From Bacteroidales bacterium (GTDB lineage: Bacteria; Bacteroidota; Bacteroidia; Bacteroidales; WRLA01), in the NCBI GenBank assembly GCA_965230045.1, contig OZ245940.1, forward strand, positions 5,075,961 through 5,139,960: 64,000 bases of DNA, written 5' to 3'. Of the stretch, positions 1 to 8,503 are shown in pieces. Within the stretch, counting starts at the first letter, position 1. Every line of letters begins with the position of its first letter. Both the position numbers and the translations under genes were made by a program. A model generated the notes under the pieces. That model did no database searches. It was not told the origin of the DNA and saw nothing but the letters and a program-made list of their open reading frames with translations.

Positions 1-186
1 CTTTAACTGTTGGGAAAGTAGTGTTTTGATTTTCCATGTGTTTTAAAATTTTTTGAATGTACATGCGAATGTACATAAAATCAGAAAATAAACAAAATAT
101 TTCTAAAATAAAATAATTCTGATTTCACATAAAAACCTGGTTTATAATTTAATATAAGTTTTTATAATTGTAAATAACTATTTAGT

Positions 187-236
187 ATCTGACTGTTAAT
201 CAGAGGGTCGCTGGTTCAAGTCCAGCAGGGGGAGCA
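187..236 (+). pseudogene. 3' half of a tRNA-Asn(GTT) gene (anticodon arm through acceptor 3' strand); 5' half absent
   Basis: Anticodon arm TCTGA/CTGTTAA/TCAGA at 188-204 with anticodon GTT at 195-197. Variable loop GGGTC, T arm GCTGG/TTCAAGT/CCAGC at 210-226, acceptor 3' strand AGGGGGA plus G at 227-234. The upstream 110-186 is AT-rich, with no D arm and no complementary TCCCCCT strand. Confidence 0.7.
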
Positions 237-241
237 GAAAG

Positions 242-267
242 AGCCGGTTTTAGACCGGCTTTTTTTG
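242..267 (+). terminator. Rho-independent terminator after the tRNA fragment
   Basis: Stem AGCCGGT (242-248) pairs with ACCGGCT (254-260), followed by a T run at 260-266. Confidence 0.6.
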
Positions 268-293
268 TACCTTTTAATTCCAACTAAAAAAGC

Positions 294-647
294 ATGTATT
301 ACCTTTATATTTTGCATTCTGTTTCTGCAGACAAATACTATGTTGGCATTACAGATGATTATACACGAAGGCTGAAAGAGCATAACACCACCGACAGAAA
401 CACTTTTACGAAAAAATACCGTCCCTGGGTAATTGCTGCAGTATTCCAGTGTGGAGAAAGCCTTTCCGAAGCTTTAAAAATAGAGCGTTTTGTCAAAAGG
501 CAAAAGAGCAAAAAATTTATTATGCAATTAATTGATAAAGAATGTTTTACTGGCATTTGTAGCGTCCTGATTTTGGTTGACTCTTTTTTCTTCTTTCCGG
601 GGATCCCCGGAAAGAAGAAAAAAGAGTTTGTTCGACAAATATATTAA
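294..647 (+). CDS. GIY-YIG nuclease superfamily protein; C-terminal tail probably aberrant (reads through a palindrome up to the IS3 element)
   Basis: N-terminus MYYLYILHSVSADKYYVGITDDYTRRLKEHN carries the GIY...YVG and R..EHN motifs of small GIY-YIG proteins. The last ~30 aa (SFFFFPGIPGKKKKE...) are translated from the 581-626 palindrome. Confidence 0.7.
   Translation: MYYLYILHSVSADKYYVGITDDYTRRLKEHNTTDRNTFTKKYRPWVIAAVFQCGESLSEALKIERFVKRQKSKKFIMQLIDKECFTGICSVLILVDSFFFFPGIPGKKKKEFVRQIY
581..626. repeat. Perfect 46-bp palindrome (23-bp arms, GGATCC at centre)
   Basis: CTCTTTTTTCTTCTTTCCGGGGA followed directly by TCCCCGGAAAGAAGAAAAAAGAG, its exact reverse complement. The GC core is flanked by T and A runs, so it resembles a bidirectional terminator. 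Confidence 0.9.
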
Positions 648-1594
648 TTCAATTTTTCTAATGCCTCTTCTGGACGCTTTCTGTAATAAGTTTTCCAGCA
701 CCTTTTAAGTTCTCCAGTTTTTTGATGAGCCTTCTCTGGGGTCATCATTTCGACACTTCTGTGTGGGCGCTTTGTATTATAGAAGTTTATAAATTGGGGA
801 AGTTCTTTTTTGGCTTCGGCCAAACTACTGAATGATATGGTTTTGTCATTGGTAAATTCTTCTTTTATTGTTCGGTTAACACGTTCTGCAATAGGGTTTT
901 CCAGTGGATCCCCATTTTCCGTCATGCTAATTGCCATACGGCATTTATTAAGGTGTTTGATGTATTTGTCGCAACAATATTGGACGCCCCGGTCTGAATG
1001 ATGGATACACCCATGTGCATTTAGCCCTCGTGTGGCTTTCTTTAAAGCCCTCAATGCGCCGGTAGCTTCTAATGAGCCACTAACATCAAAACCAACTATT
1101 TTGCGAGAATACATATCTGTAACAAGGGATAGATAAGCAAAACTGTCATTGCCCTTGATCCAAACATAGGTTATATCTGAAACCAATACCTGAGAAGGGC
1201 CATTGGGAATTAAACCTCTTATCAAATTCGGATACTTGTGATAATGATGATAACTGTTTGTTGTATAAGCCCTGCGCTTTGATTTTCTTAACAACAGACC
1301 ATGCCTGCGCAACAAATCATAGAAACGGTCTCGCCCTATGCTGATATTGTGGGCTTTTAAGTCTTCTTGCAAGCTGCAAAGCAAGTTCCTGCCACTCCCT
1401 TTTTTCCATAACCTTCGTTTTGATTTTATCAGTTCAATAATTATGTCTTCCTGGTAAATAGATTCTTCATTATGGCGAATATTCTTGTAATATGCCTGTT
1501 TGCTATAGCCAAGCAGTCCGCAAAGGTCTTTGATTGTTGCCCTCGAACCTTTGTCTGCTTTTAGTTGTTGGACAGCTTGGCTCCATACTTTTTT
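644..1594 (-). CDS. IS3-family transposase OrfB (DDE/rve integrase domain), expressed as an OrfAB fusion by -1 frameshift
   Basis: The track ORF 644..1384 has rve-like content (HSDRGVQYC..., ENPIAERVNRTIKEE). The same frame stays open upstream (KVWSQAVQQLKADKGSRATIKDLCGLLGYSKQAYYKN...) back to the A AAA AAG site at 1588-1594 (plus-strand coordinates). Confidence 0.8.
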   Translation of the reverse strand, partial: KKVWSQAVQQLKADKGSRATIKDLCGLLGYSKQAYYKNIRHNEESIYQEDIIIELIKSKRRLWKKGSGRNLLCSLQEDLKAHNISIGRDRFYDLLRRHGLLLRKSKRRAYTTNSYHHYHKYPNLIRGLIPNGPSQVLVSDITYVWIKGNDSFAYLSLVTDMYSRKIVGFDVSGSLEATGALRALKKATRGLNAHGCIHHSDRGVQYCCDKYIKHLNKCRMAISMTENGDPLENPIAERVNRTIKEEFTNDKTISFSSLAEAKKELPQFINFYNTKRPHRSVEMMTPEKAHQKTGELKRCWKTYYRKRPEEALEKLN

Positions 1595-1938
1595 CTGATA
1601 TCAATTTTTAATTCTTCTTCTGCTACATCCACCATCTTTTGCCACAGGTCGGCCCTGAGCTGCTCCTTCTTTAACTGAGCTTGAAGGTCCCTGATCTCCT
1701 GATCCTTATCTATTTCTTGTTTCTTGTTTTCCATTAGCTCTGGATTTATTTGGGATATGCCCCCTTCTCTGTAATTCGATTGGCCACTAAACTGGCGAAT
1801 CCAGTACAAAATTGCACAATTACTCTGAATACCGTAAATACGCCGCGCCTCTTCTTTGCTGTACTTACCTGATAACACTTCTTTAACTACACGAAGCTTG
1901 AAATCTTCTGGGTAGTTCATCTTTGTTCTTCTCTTCAT
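1561..1938 (-). CDS. IS3-family transposase OrfA (HTH plus leucine-zipper-like coiled coil)
   Basis: 125 aa with an HTH-like N-terminus and a charged coiled-coil C-terminus. The slippery A AAA AAG lies near its 3' end, in codons AGA AAA AAG. Confidence 0.8.
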   Translation of the reverse strand: MKRRTKMNYPEDFKLRVVKEVLSGKYSKEEARRIYGIQSNCAILYWIRQFSGQSNYREGGISQINPELMENKKQEIDKDQEIRDLQAQLKKEQLRADLWQKMVDVAEEELKIDIRKKYGAKLSNN

Positions 1939-2005
1939 TTTAATCCTTGATTTAGTTGACTTCTAATTGTAATTCTGGTCAACCTATATCAGGACTATAC
2001 AATTT

Positions 2006-2086
2006 TAGCTCAGTTGGTCAGAGTCCCGAAGCTTCGGGATTAATCAGAGGGTCGCTTCCCGCATTCCCGGGACAGCAGGGGGAGCG
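2006..2086 (+). other. tRNA-Asn-like relic in which the anticodon-arm 5' side and the T loop are replaced by GC hairpins; no 5' acceptor strand
   Basis: The D arm TAGCTCAGTTGGTCAGAG (2006-2023), TTAATCAGAGGGTCGCT (2040-2056) and CAGCAGGGGGAGC (2073-2085) match the fragment at 187-236. Between them lie TCCCGAAGCTTCGGGA (2024-2039, perfect palindrome) and TCCCGCATTCCCGGGA (2057-2072). Confidence 0.6.
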
Positions 2087-2095
2087 CTAATAATC

Positions 2096-2130
2096 AGCCT
2101 GTTACAATGAAATTTGTAGCAGGCTTTTTT
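2096..2130 (+). terminator. Rho-independent terminator after the tRNA-like relic
   Basis: AGCCTGTTACA pairs with TGTAGCAGGCT (one mismatch), followed by TTTTTT. Confidence 0.55.
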
Positions 2131-2751
2131 GTTGATGGTACACAGAATGGTACACAAAACTCCCGCAAATAAATCCCAATGTACATCCGTGATTTTAATT
2201 CCTGAAAAACATTTTTTGAAATTCTAAAAACTAAAAGGTTGCTTTTCCAATGTTCAGGCCGAAAATTTTTCTCTGGAAATTTTCAAACGGACTGAGCAAT
2301 CTTATCTACAAAAAGCCATCTTGTCAATCATTATTATAATAATGTATCTCCAGGCTTAATGAACGGGCGAAATGTATCCACAATTAAAATTGGATGTTTT
2401 TTGATCGTATAGGTTACATACAGGAATTGCCAAGGAAATAGCATTAGCAAGCTGTTAGATATGCAGACGTGAGCTTCACGGCTTGCATCATATCAAACCA
2501 GGATTCAATGGCCTCCGTGCGGTTATTCACAACTCACTAATACTTTGGTTTATAACCTTGGGCAAAAAGGGATATTCAGTATTTGAATAATATTTTACAC
2601 CCATCCTTTGCTTTTTAAATAAATATGTTGCAATTTTGAAATGTATTTTAAGCCTTGGGCTGTGCTAATGCTACTCTGCCGGGCACAATAAGAGAGCTTA
2701 TTCAACACAAAAATGAAGTAGATTTATAAGCGGACTAAGTGATAAAACTAT

Positions 2752-4305
2752 ATGAGCGAAGACCATAATAGCCCATTAGAACAACAACTCTGGAAAGCGG
2801 CCGATAAGCTTAGAAAAAACATTGATGCTGCTGAGTACAAGCATATCGTACTTGGCCTAATATTTTTAAAATATATTTCTGATGCATTTGATGAGCTTTA
2901 CTGCCGACTAAAGAAAGAAGAGGCTCAGGGTGCGGGTCCGGAGGATCGGGATGAGTATAAAGCCGAAAATGTGTTCTTCGTACCAGAAAAAGCACGTTGG
3001 AATTATTTGCTCTCCCAGGCAAAACAACCCACAATTGGGAAATCGGTGGATGAAGCTATGGACTTCATCGAAAAGGAAAACATTTCGCTGAAAGGTGTTT
3101 TGCCAAAAGTTTATGCAAGACAAAACCTTGATCCAACCAGCTTAGGTGAACTCATTGACCTGATTGGAAACATAGCCCTGGGCGATGCAAAAGCCCGAAG
3201 CGCAGATGTACTCGGTCATGTTTTTGAATACTTCCTTAGTGAATTTGCTTTGGCAGAAGGCAAAAAGGGCGGACAGTTCTACACGCCCAGAAGCGTTGTT
3301 GACCTCTTGGTGGAAATGCTCGAACCCTACAAAGGCCGTGTATTTGACCCATGTTGTGGCTCTGGTGGAATGTTTGTCCAATCAGAGAAATTCATAAACG
3401 AACATCAGGGGAAAATCAACGACATTTCCATTTACGGACAGGAGAGCAACCAAACTACCTGGCGTTTGGCAAAAATGAATTTGGCCATTAGAGGGATAGA
3501 CAGCTCGCAAGTGAAATGGAACAACGAAGGCTCTTTCCTGAATGATGCCCACAAAGACCTCAAAGCCGACTACATCATAGCCAATCCACCCTTTAATGTG
3601 AGCGACTGGAGCGGCGATTTACTGCGCACCGATGGCCGATGGAAATACGGTACACCACCCACAGGAAATGCTAATTACGCTTGGATTCAACATTTCATGT
3701 ACCACTTAGCACCAAGCGGACAGGCGGGCTTTGTGCTGGCAAAAGGTGCTTTGACTTCTAAAAGCGGCGGTGAAGGAGATATCAGGAAAGAATTGGTAGA
3801 AGCCGATTTAATTGACTGCATAGTGAACCTGCCTGCCAAATTGTTTTTGAATACTCAAATTCCTGCTTCGCTATGGTTTATGAGCCGTAACCGTAGCAAC
3901 GGCAAGTTTAGAAACCGTACAGGCGAAATTCTTTTCATTGATGCCCGCAATTTGGGGCATTTGATTAACCGCAGAACCAAAGTACTCTCTGATGGCTCGG
4001 AAAATCCCGAAGACAACGATATAAAGCTCATTGCCGACACCTACCACAACTGGAGGAATCCCAATGGCCAATACGAAGATGTAAAAGGCTTCTGTGCTTC
4101 TGCCTCAAAAAAACGGGTAGCTGAGTTGGACTATGTGCTTACCCCAGGCCGTTATGTTGGCTTGGCCGAAGAAGCAGATGATTTTGACTTTGCCGAACGC
4201 TTTTCCAGCCTGAAAGCGGAATTTGAAGCCCAATTGAAAGAGGAAGCTGAGCTAAATCAGCGCATTAAGCAAAACCTTGCAAAAATTAAGTTGAACGATG
4301 AGTAG
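2752..4305 (+). CDS. hsdM: Type I restriction-modification N6-adenine DNA methyltransferase subunit HsdM
   Basis: N-terminal HsdM domain ([34 protein letters not shown]), SAM motif [12 protein letters not shown] and catalytic NPPF ([12 protein letters not shown]). Confidence 0.9.
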   Translation: MSEDHNSPLEQQLWKAADKLRKNIDAAEYKHIVLGLIFLKYISDAFDELYCRLKKEEAQGAGPEDRDEYKAENVFFVPEKARWNYLLSQAKQPTIGKSVDEAMDFIEKENISLKGVLPKVYARQNLDPTSLGELIDLIGNIALGDAKARSADVLGHVFEYFLSEFALAEGKKGGQFYTPRSVVDLLVEMLEPYKGRVFDPCCGSGGMFVQSEKFINEHQGKINDISIYGQESNQTTWRLAKMNLAIRGIDSSQVKWNNEGSFLNDAHKDLKADYIIANPPFNVSDWSGDLLRTDGRWKYGTPPTGNANYAWIQHFMYHLAPSGQAGFVLAKGALTSKSGGEGDIRKELVEADLIDCIVNLPAKLFLNTQIPASLWFMSRNRSNGKFRNRTGEILFIDARNLGHLINRRTKVLSDGSENPEDNDIKLIADTYHNWRNPNGQYEDVKGFCASASKKRVAELDYVLTPGRYVGLAEEADDFDFAERFSSLKAEFEAQLKEEAELNQRIKQNLAKIKLNDE

Positions 4306-5179
4306 GAAAAACGAAATAGTACTTTATCAATCAGAAGAACTGCTTTCACGCATAGAAGTGAGAATTGATGATGAAACTGTTTGGTTGAGCAAAGAACAAA
4401 TGGCAACATTGTTTGGGCGTGATAGGACAGTGATTGGCAGGCATATAAACAACATCTTTAAAGAAAAAGAACTAGAAAAGGAACTGGTATGTGCATTTTT
4501 TGCACTAACCACGCAACACGGCGCTATTAAAGGGAAAACACAAACCACAAATGTCGAGTATTTCAATCTCGATGTAATTATATCGGTAGGTTATAGAGTA
4601 AAATCAAAACAAGGCACACAATTTAGGATTTGGGCAAACAGAGTGCTTAAAGATTATTTGCTAAAAGGATATTCATTAAACAAACGCATGAATAGGATTG
4701 AAGAAAGCGTTCATTCCCTTGTCAAAAAAGTTGATGATATTGATTTGCAAATAAATACCAACTTGCCACCAAAGCAAGGCATTTTTTATGATGGGCAAAT
4801 ATTTGATGCCTATGCCTATGTCTGCGACCTGGTGAAACGGACATCGCAATCTATTATCCTCATTGATAATTATGTGGATGAAACCGTGCTCACGCTGCTA
4901 TCCAAAAGAGCTCAAAATGTTTCCGCCACCATATACACCAAAAACATAGGCAAACAGCTTAAGTTAGATTTGAAAAAGCATAACAGCCAATATCCCGAAA
5001 TACAGATGGTGGAGTTTAAGGCCGCTCATGACCGTTTTTTGATTCTGGATAAAAACGACTGCTACCATTTTGGCGCTTCCCTCAAAGACCTTGGCAAAAA
5101 ATGGTTTGCATTTTCGAAGATGGAGGGAATGGCAGAGATGATCATTACGAACCTGCAAAAAGTAAAAATTGATGAGTGA
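4298..5179 (+). CDS. rhuM: RhuM-family protein embedded between hsdM and hsdS
   Basis: The N-terminus (LYQSEE...[36 protein letters not shown]) and [27 protein letters not shown] match my memory of RhuM family proteins. It overlaps the hsdM stop and the hsdS start. Confidence 0.7.
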   Translation: MSRKNEIVLYQSEELLSRIEVRIDDETVWLSKEQMATLFGRDRTVIGRHINNIFKEKELEKELVCAFFALTTQHGAIKGKTQTTNVEYFNLDVIISVGYRVKSKQGTQFRIWANRVLKDYLLKGYSLNKRMNRIEESVHSLVKKVDDIDLQINTNLPPKQGIFYDGQIFDAYAYVCDLVKRTSQSIILIDNYVDETVLTLLSKRAQNVSATIYTKNIGKQLKLDLKKHNSQYPEIQMVEFKAAHDRFLILDKNDCYHFGASLKDLGKKWFAFSKMEGMAEMIITNLQKVKIDE

Positions 5180-5423
5180 TACATTGAGCCAGCCGAAATG
5201 CGAGTGGAAGGAGGTAAAATTAGGTGATGTATTATTTAAGATTACTAAGGGAACCACACCACCTAGAGGAAAAGGCTTTGTTGATGTTGGTATAAACTAT
5301 ATCAAGTCTGATGCTATTGGGTATGATGGACGTATTGATGACTCTCTTTTTGTGAAAATTGACGAAGAAACACACGAAAAATTTAAGCGTTCTCAATTAG
5401 AAAAGGGTGACATACTTTTTTGA
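5169..5423 (+). pseudogene. hsdS: Truncated type I specificity subunit HsdS (N-terminal 84 aa only)
   Basis: The start is typical of HsdS (EWKEVKLGDVLFKITKGTTPP...QLEKGDILF) and the ORF then stops. No second target-recognition domain or conserved central and C-terminal helices follow. Confidence 0.75.
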
Positions 5424-6053
5424 ACAGCCTCCCCTTTCAAACTGAGAAGCGGTTTGAAAGGGAAGTACCACGCAATCTGCCACTACTCATACAATTTACC
5501 GTTTTGTGCCACCGATTTCGGAATATCTGTGCCCGATATTTCGGCTCAAAATGTGCCACTAATACCTCTTCTCCTTTCGGCTCGTTTTGATCCGGAGAAA
5601 CGAATAAAACTCAATAAACTAAGGTTTCTTCGATGAATTAAAGGATAAACGGGCTGAGATCAACCGGAATATACATTGGGGAAACTGATCTGAAGCCGAA
5701 AAAACCCTATAAAAGTGTTTTAACTAAAAGCAGAGTTTGAGCGCGGTTGAAATTCAATACTACAATGATTTATTGAAAGATTATAATGGGATGCCCCCCC
5801 AAGCTTCGTAGTACTTTGCCGGAAAAATGAGGTTTTGCACAACGCAATACAATAGCGGAAAACCAAGAATTTGGCTTTCTGCCATAAAAATATTTTAACC
5901 TGTTTAATTCATAAACTCCCAAAAACAGACAAAATTTTTTAACCGAGCAGGGTCAGGCATTGCGAATCAAGATTAACTGCTTGAATTTCTATTTATTTAC
6001 CCTAATCACATGGCTTATGAGCATCATTTTCCTATTTGGGTTTTCCAGTAAAG

Positions 6054-7542
6054 CCCATTGATAATTTTATTTGACATCAAGATGTTGAAGAACATTAGCT
6101 TACCGAATTTTGGCCTAAATCCTTAGGGTTTCAAATTTCTTAAAGCATTTCATAAACACCCGGTCGCTGTAAAATTCTGCAGGCAGCTCTATTTTAATTT
6201 TTGATTTCAGTACTTTGATCCGGGCAGCTACTTTGATCAGCTTCAATTGAAGTGTTTTCATAGTTGCTTTAGCAAACTCTGTCCCTACTAACGCCATGCT
6301 TTGCAAGCTGTGCATCAGGACATAAGCAGCAGAATGCAAAAACAACCTGAACTGATTGGCCTTAAAGCTGTTGCAGGACATCCTGTCCGACTTAAGGTAT
6401 GTTTTATGTTCTTTGATACGCAATTCGGCTGCGCCCCTTGCACAATATCCTTGTTCGTAAAGCGCCTTGGCACGAACATTTTGCAGGCTGCTGACAATAT
6501 ACCTTACATTTGTCCCCATGCTGCTTACTTCTACTTTGACTACCACTCGTTCGGCAAAAGCCCAACTGGATGCCTGATATTGAAAGCTATGATAACGTTT
6601 CACTGGTGTACCCGACTGTTGGAAGTTTTTTTTGGCGCTTTCTATGGTTATTTTGGCCTTTTGGTTTAAAACAGAATTGCCACTGAGCCCTGTGATAAAT
6701 TCAACCCTATGGCTCTCCCTTGCCCACTCCATAAACTCTTTGGAACAAAAATGGCTGTCGCCCCTAAGGATGATCATCGTGTTGGGCCAATGCTGGCGCA
6801 GGTAGCTTATGATGCGTTTGTGGATCGAAAAAACATCAAGGCTTTTGCTGCGGCGGCCAGGTTTGAGGATAGTGGTTACCAGCTTGCCCGAAAAGCCTTC
6901 ATATATGTGCAAAGGCATATAGCAATAGTCCCCGTAGTAATTATTGAACATGGTAAGCTGCTGATTACCATATGTTAAGCTGCTTGTATCGTCAGAATCA
7001 AGTATAATAATTTTTGGTTCGTGGTCATAGGAAGCGATAAATTTATCTACAAAGACCTTGGCCATTTTGTAGTTCTGAGAAGCCGTGATTTGATTCTCAA
7101 AACGACTCATTGTAGGCTGGGCTGAAAGGCTTTCTGTAGTCTCACAGCATACCTTAACTACCTCATCGTCCCTGAGCGCATTGCAGTCATTTGCATCTTC
7201 AAAGCCTGCAGCAATTTGCATAATACGCTGGCTTAGAAGGCGTTTTGTGCTGTGCTTGACATAACTTTGGTTGCGGGGGTCTTCAATGCAGCCTGCAAGG
7301 CTGTCGATTAAACCAAGCTGTTTTTCTACTTCGCGAAGCAATAATAGGCCGCCATCACTTGATGTCTTTTTCAAAGTAAAGTTAACCTCAACCTTTTTGC
7401 CATTTGAACTGGTGAGAGGAAAAAGGCTCTTTTGTGTAATTTCCTGTGGTTTTGTGCCACTGTTTGAAATATTCTTTGTATTTTTAGCCATAGGGATTTT
7501 TGTTTTTGTTTGCCGACATAAAGATACTGAATATCAATGAGG
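6054..7542 (-). mobile_element. IS1380-family insertion sequence (ends tentative)
   Basis: The transposase ORF is flanked by weakly matching ends that both contain CATTGATA: CCCATTGATAAT at 6054, and the reverse complement of 7531-7542 reads CCTCATTGATAT. Confidence 0.5.
6115..7491 (-). CDS. IS1380-family DDE transposase
   Basis: 458 aa. The N-terminal block SSDGGLLLLREVEKQLGLIDSLAGCIEDPRNQSYVKHSTKRLLSQRIMQIAAGFEDANDCNALRDD matches the IS1380 family as I remember it. Confidence 0.8.
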   Translation of the reverse strand: MAKNTKNISNSGTKPQEITQKSLFPLTSSNGKKVEVNFTLKKTSSDGGLLLLREVEKQLGLIDSLAGCIEDPRNQSYVKHSTKRLLSQRIMQIAAGFEDANDCNALRDDEVVKVCCETTESLSAQPTMSRFENQITASQNYKMAKVFVDKFIASYDHEPKIIILDSDDTSSLTYGNQQLTMFNNYYGDYCYMPLHIYEGFSGKLVTTILKPGRRSKSLDVFSIHKRIISYLRQHWPNTMIILRGDSHFCSKEFMEWARESHRVEFITGLSGNSVLNQKAKITIESAKKNFQQSGTPVKRYHSFQYQASSWAFAERVVVKVEVSSMGTNVRYIVSSLQNVRAKALYEQGYCARGAAELRIKEHKTYLKSDRMSCNSFKANQFRLFLHSAAYVLMHSLQSMALVGTEFAKATMKTLQLKLIKVAARIKVLKSKIKIELPAEFYSDRVFMKCFKKFETLRI

Positions 7543-8173
7543 TATCGCACAAATTTCCCTATTTTTTTTTGGTTTATGAATAATTTAGGTTAAAATAAAA
7601 TTGGATGTTTTTTTAAAAAATAATACTTTTACAATTCATTTTTAAAACAATCATGTGAAACAATTAATGGACATGGATAGAGTTTTGCGGATCATCCAGG
7701 AATTGCCTGGATGCACAAGCTTCTGGAGAAGTGAAATTAACATCCATGTGTGTATGAAGATTAAAAATCCGTTGAATCAGTTTGGAGGATTAGCATGAAT
7801 GCGTTTGGAATAAAAACCTTAAAAGGTGAACATATCCTCAAACTGAAGTTTGATATAGATACTAAAGGTGCACACATAAGTAGTTACCAGCAAGGATGAA
7901 AATAAAAAACGAACATAGAATAACTATAAAAATTGACTTGAATAATGAACCGATTAGTGCTTCAAAGAAGATTTTGTTTTGCCAACGCGCTTTTGCCCTA
8001 TGGGGCAATTAGGGAAGCCCACCCACATTGCACACATTTGCAAACTGCACGAGCCAACCTGCAATCCAAAATTTGCAAAAGAGTGCAATCTTGCCCTCGC
8101 ACCGTCATGTTGATAACTACTTCATAAGAATTTTAAAAAGAGATTATGACGTAACAGTGTTTCTTTGTAGATT

Positions 8174-8188
8174 TGACAAATAATGTCA
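8174..8188 (+). promoter_or_regulatory. Candidate C-box-like operator TGACA-N5-TGTCA at the start of the XRE gene
   Basis: Perfect 5-bp inverted repeat TGACAAATAATGTCA overlapping the first ATG (8183). A second in-frame ATG at 8204 (MNKVGEII) may be the real start. Confidence 0.3.
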
Positions 8189-8503
8189 AGAATATCATTT
8201 CAAATGAATAAAGTAGGCGAAATAATACGGAGTAAAAGAGAAGCAAAAGGCATGTTACTTCGACAACTTGCTGCAATGGTGGATGTAGATACCGCTATCC
8301 TCAGTAAAATTGAACGTGGAGAACGCAAAGCAAGACGGGAGCAAATAGAAAAAATTGCTAATGCTTTGGAACTAGACAATGAATATTTATTGATTGAATA
8401 TTTAAGTGAAAACATTGCTTATGAGATTCTTGATGAGAAAAAAGCTCATGATGTTTTAAGAGTGGCAGAAAGTAAAATTGAATATTTGAGAAATAACAGA
8501 TAG
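8183..8503 (+). CDS. XRE-family HTH protein, likely controller (C) protein of the adjacent R-M system
   Basis: Cro/C1-type HTH (GMLLRQLAAMVDVDTAILSKIERGERKA). Its stop codon directly abuts the ATG of the type IIG gene. Confidence 0.75.
   Translation: MSRISFQMNKVGEIIRSKREAKGMLLRQLAAMVDVDTAILSKIERGERKARREQIEKIANALELDNEYLLIEYLSENIAYEILDEKKAHDVLRVAESKIEYLRNNR

Larger units (their letters stand above)
627..1995 (-). mobile_element. IS3-family insertion sequence (orfA/orfB with -1 frameshift); ends only approximate
   Basis: Two overlapping transposase ORFs with a slippery heptamer. I could not identify convincing terminal inverted repeats by eye, only a shared GGTTGAC at 576-582 and 1977-1983. 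Confidence 0.6.

Noticed and set aside
1-37. Minus-strand ORF start (MENQNTTFPTVK...) running off the left edge, possibly an integrase.
   Set aside because: Only 12 codons are visible, so no function or even coding status can be supported.
573-1990. Exact IS3 terminal inverted repeats.
   Set aside because: Only a 7-bp GGTTGAC match (576-582 and 1977-1983) and a weak TGT...ATAT match (619 and ~1995) could be found by eye. Neither is convincing, so the element ends are given as approximate.
581-2072. Palindromes containing GGATCC, AAGCTT and CCCGGG as evidence of cloning-vector or engineered DNA.
   Set aside because: The restriction sites are simply the centres of longer natural-looking GC-cored palindromes. 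The flanking sequence is native-looking (GIY-YIG gene, IS3, tRNA relic) and no vector backbone features are visible. Sequence alone cannot exclude an artefact.
2006-2086. Calling the tRNA-like sequence a functional tRNA, or a tRNA with introns.
   Set aside because: There is no 5' acceptor strand complementary to AGGGGGA. The anticodon stem-loop cannot be formed, and the T loop consensus TTCAAGT is replaced.
2386-2402. A 17-nt exact repeat, AAAATTGGATGTTTTTT, also at 7597-7613, as possible direct repeats bracketing the type I locus and IS1380.
   Set aside because: The sequence is AT-rich and only 17 nt long. A rough expectation for a chance 17-mer match in 64 kb is not negligible, and the flanks do not extend the homology convincingly beyond a shared CAGGAATTGCC nearby.
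5454-5636. 60-aa ORFs in non-coding scars (5454..5636 and 7945..8127).
   Set aside because: I recognise no motifs, and the composition is odd. They lie inside regions that look like element remnants. There is no ribosome-binding or promoter context I could support.
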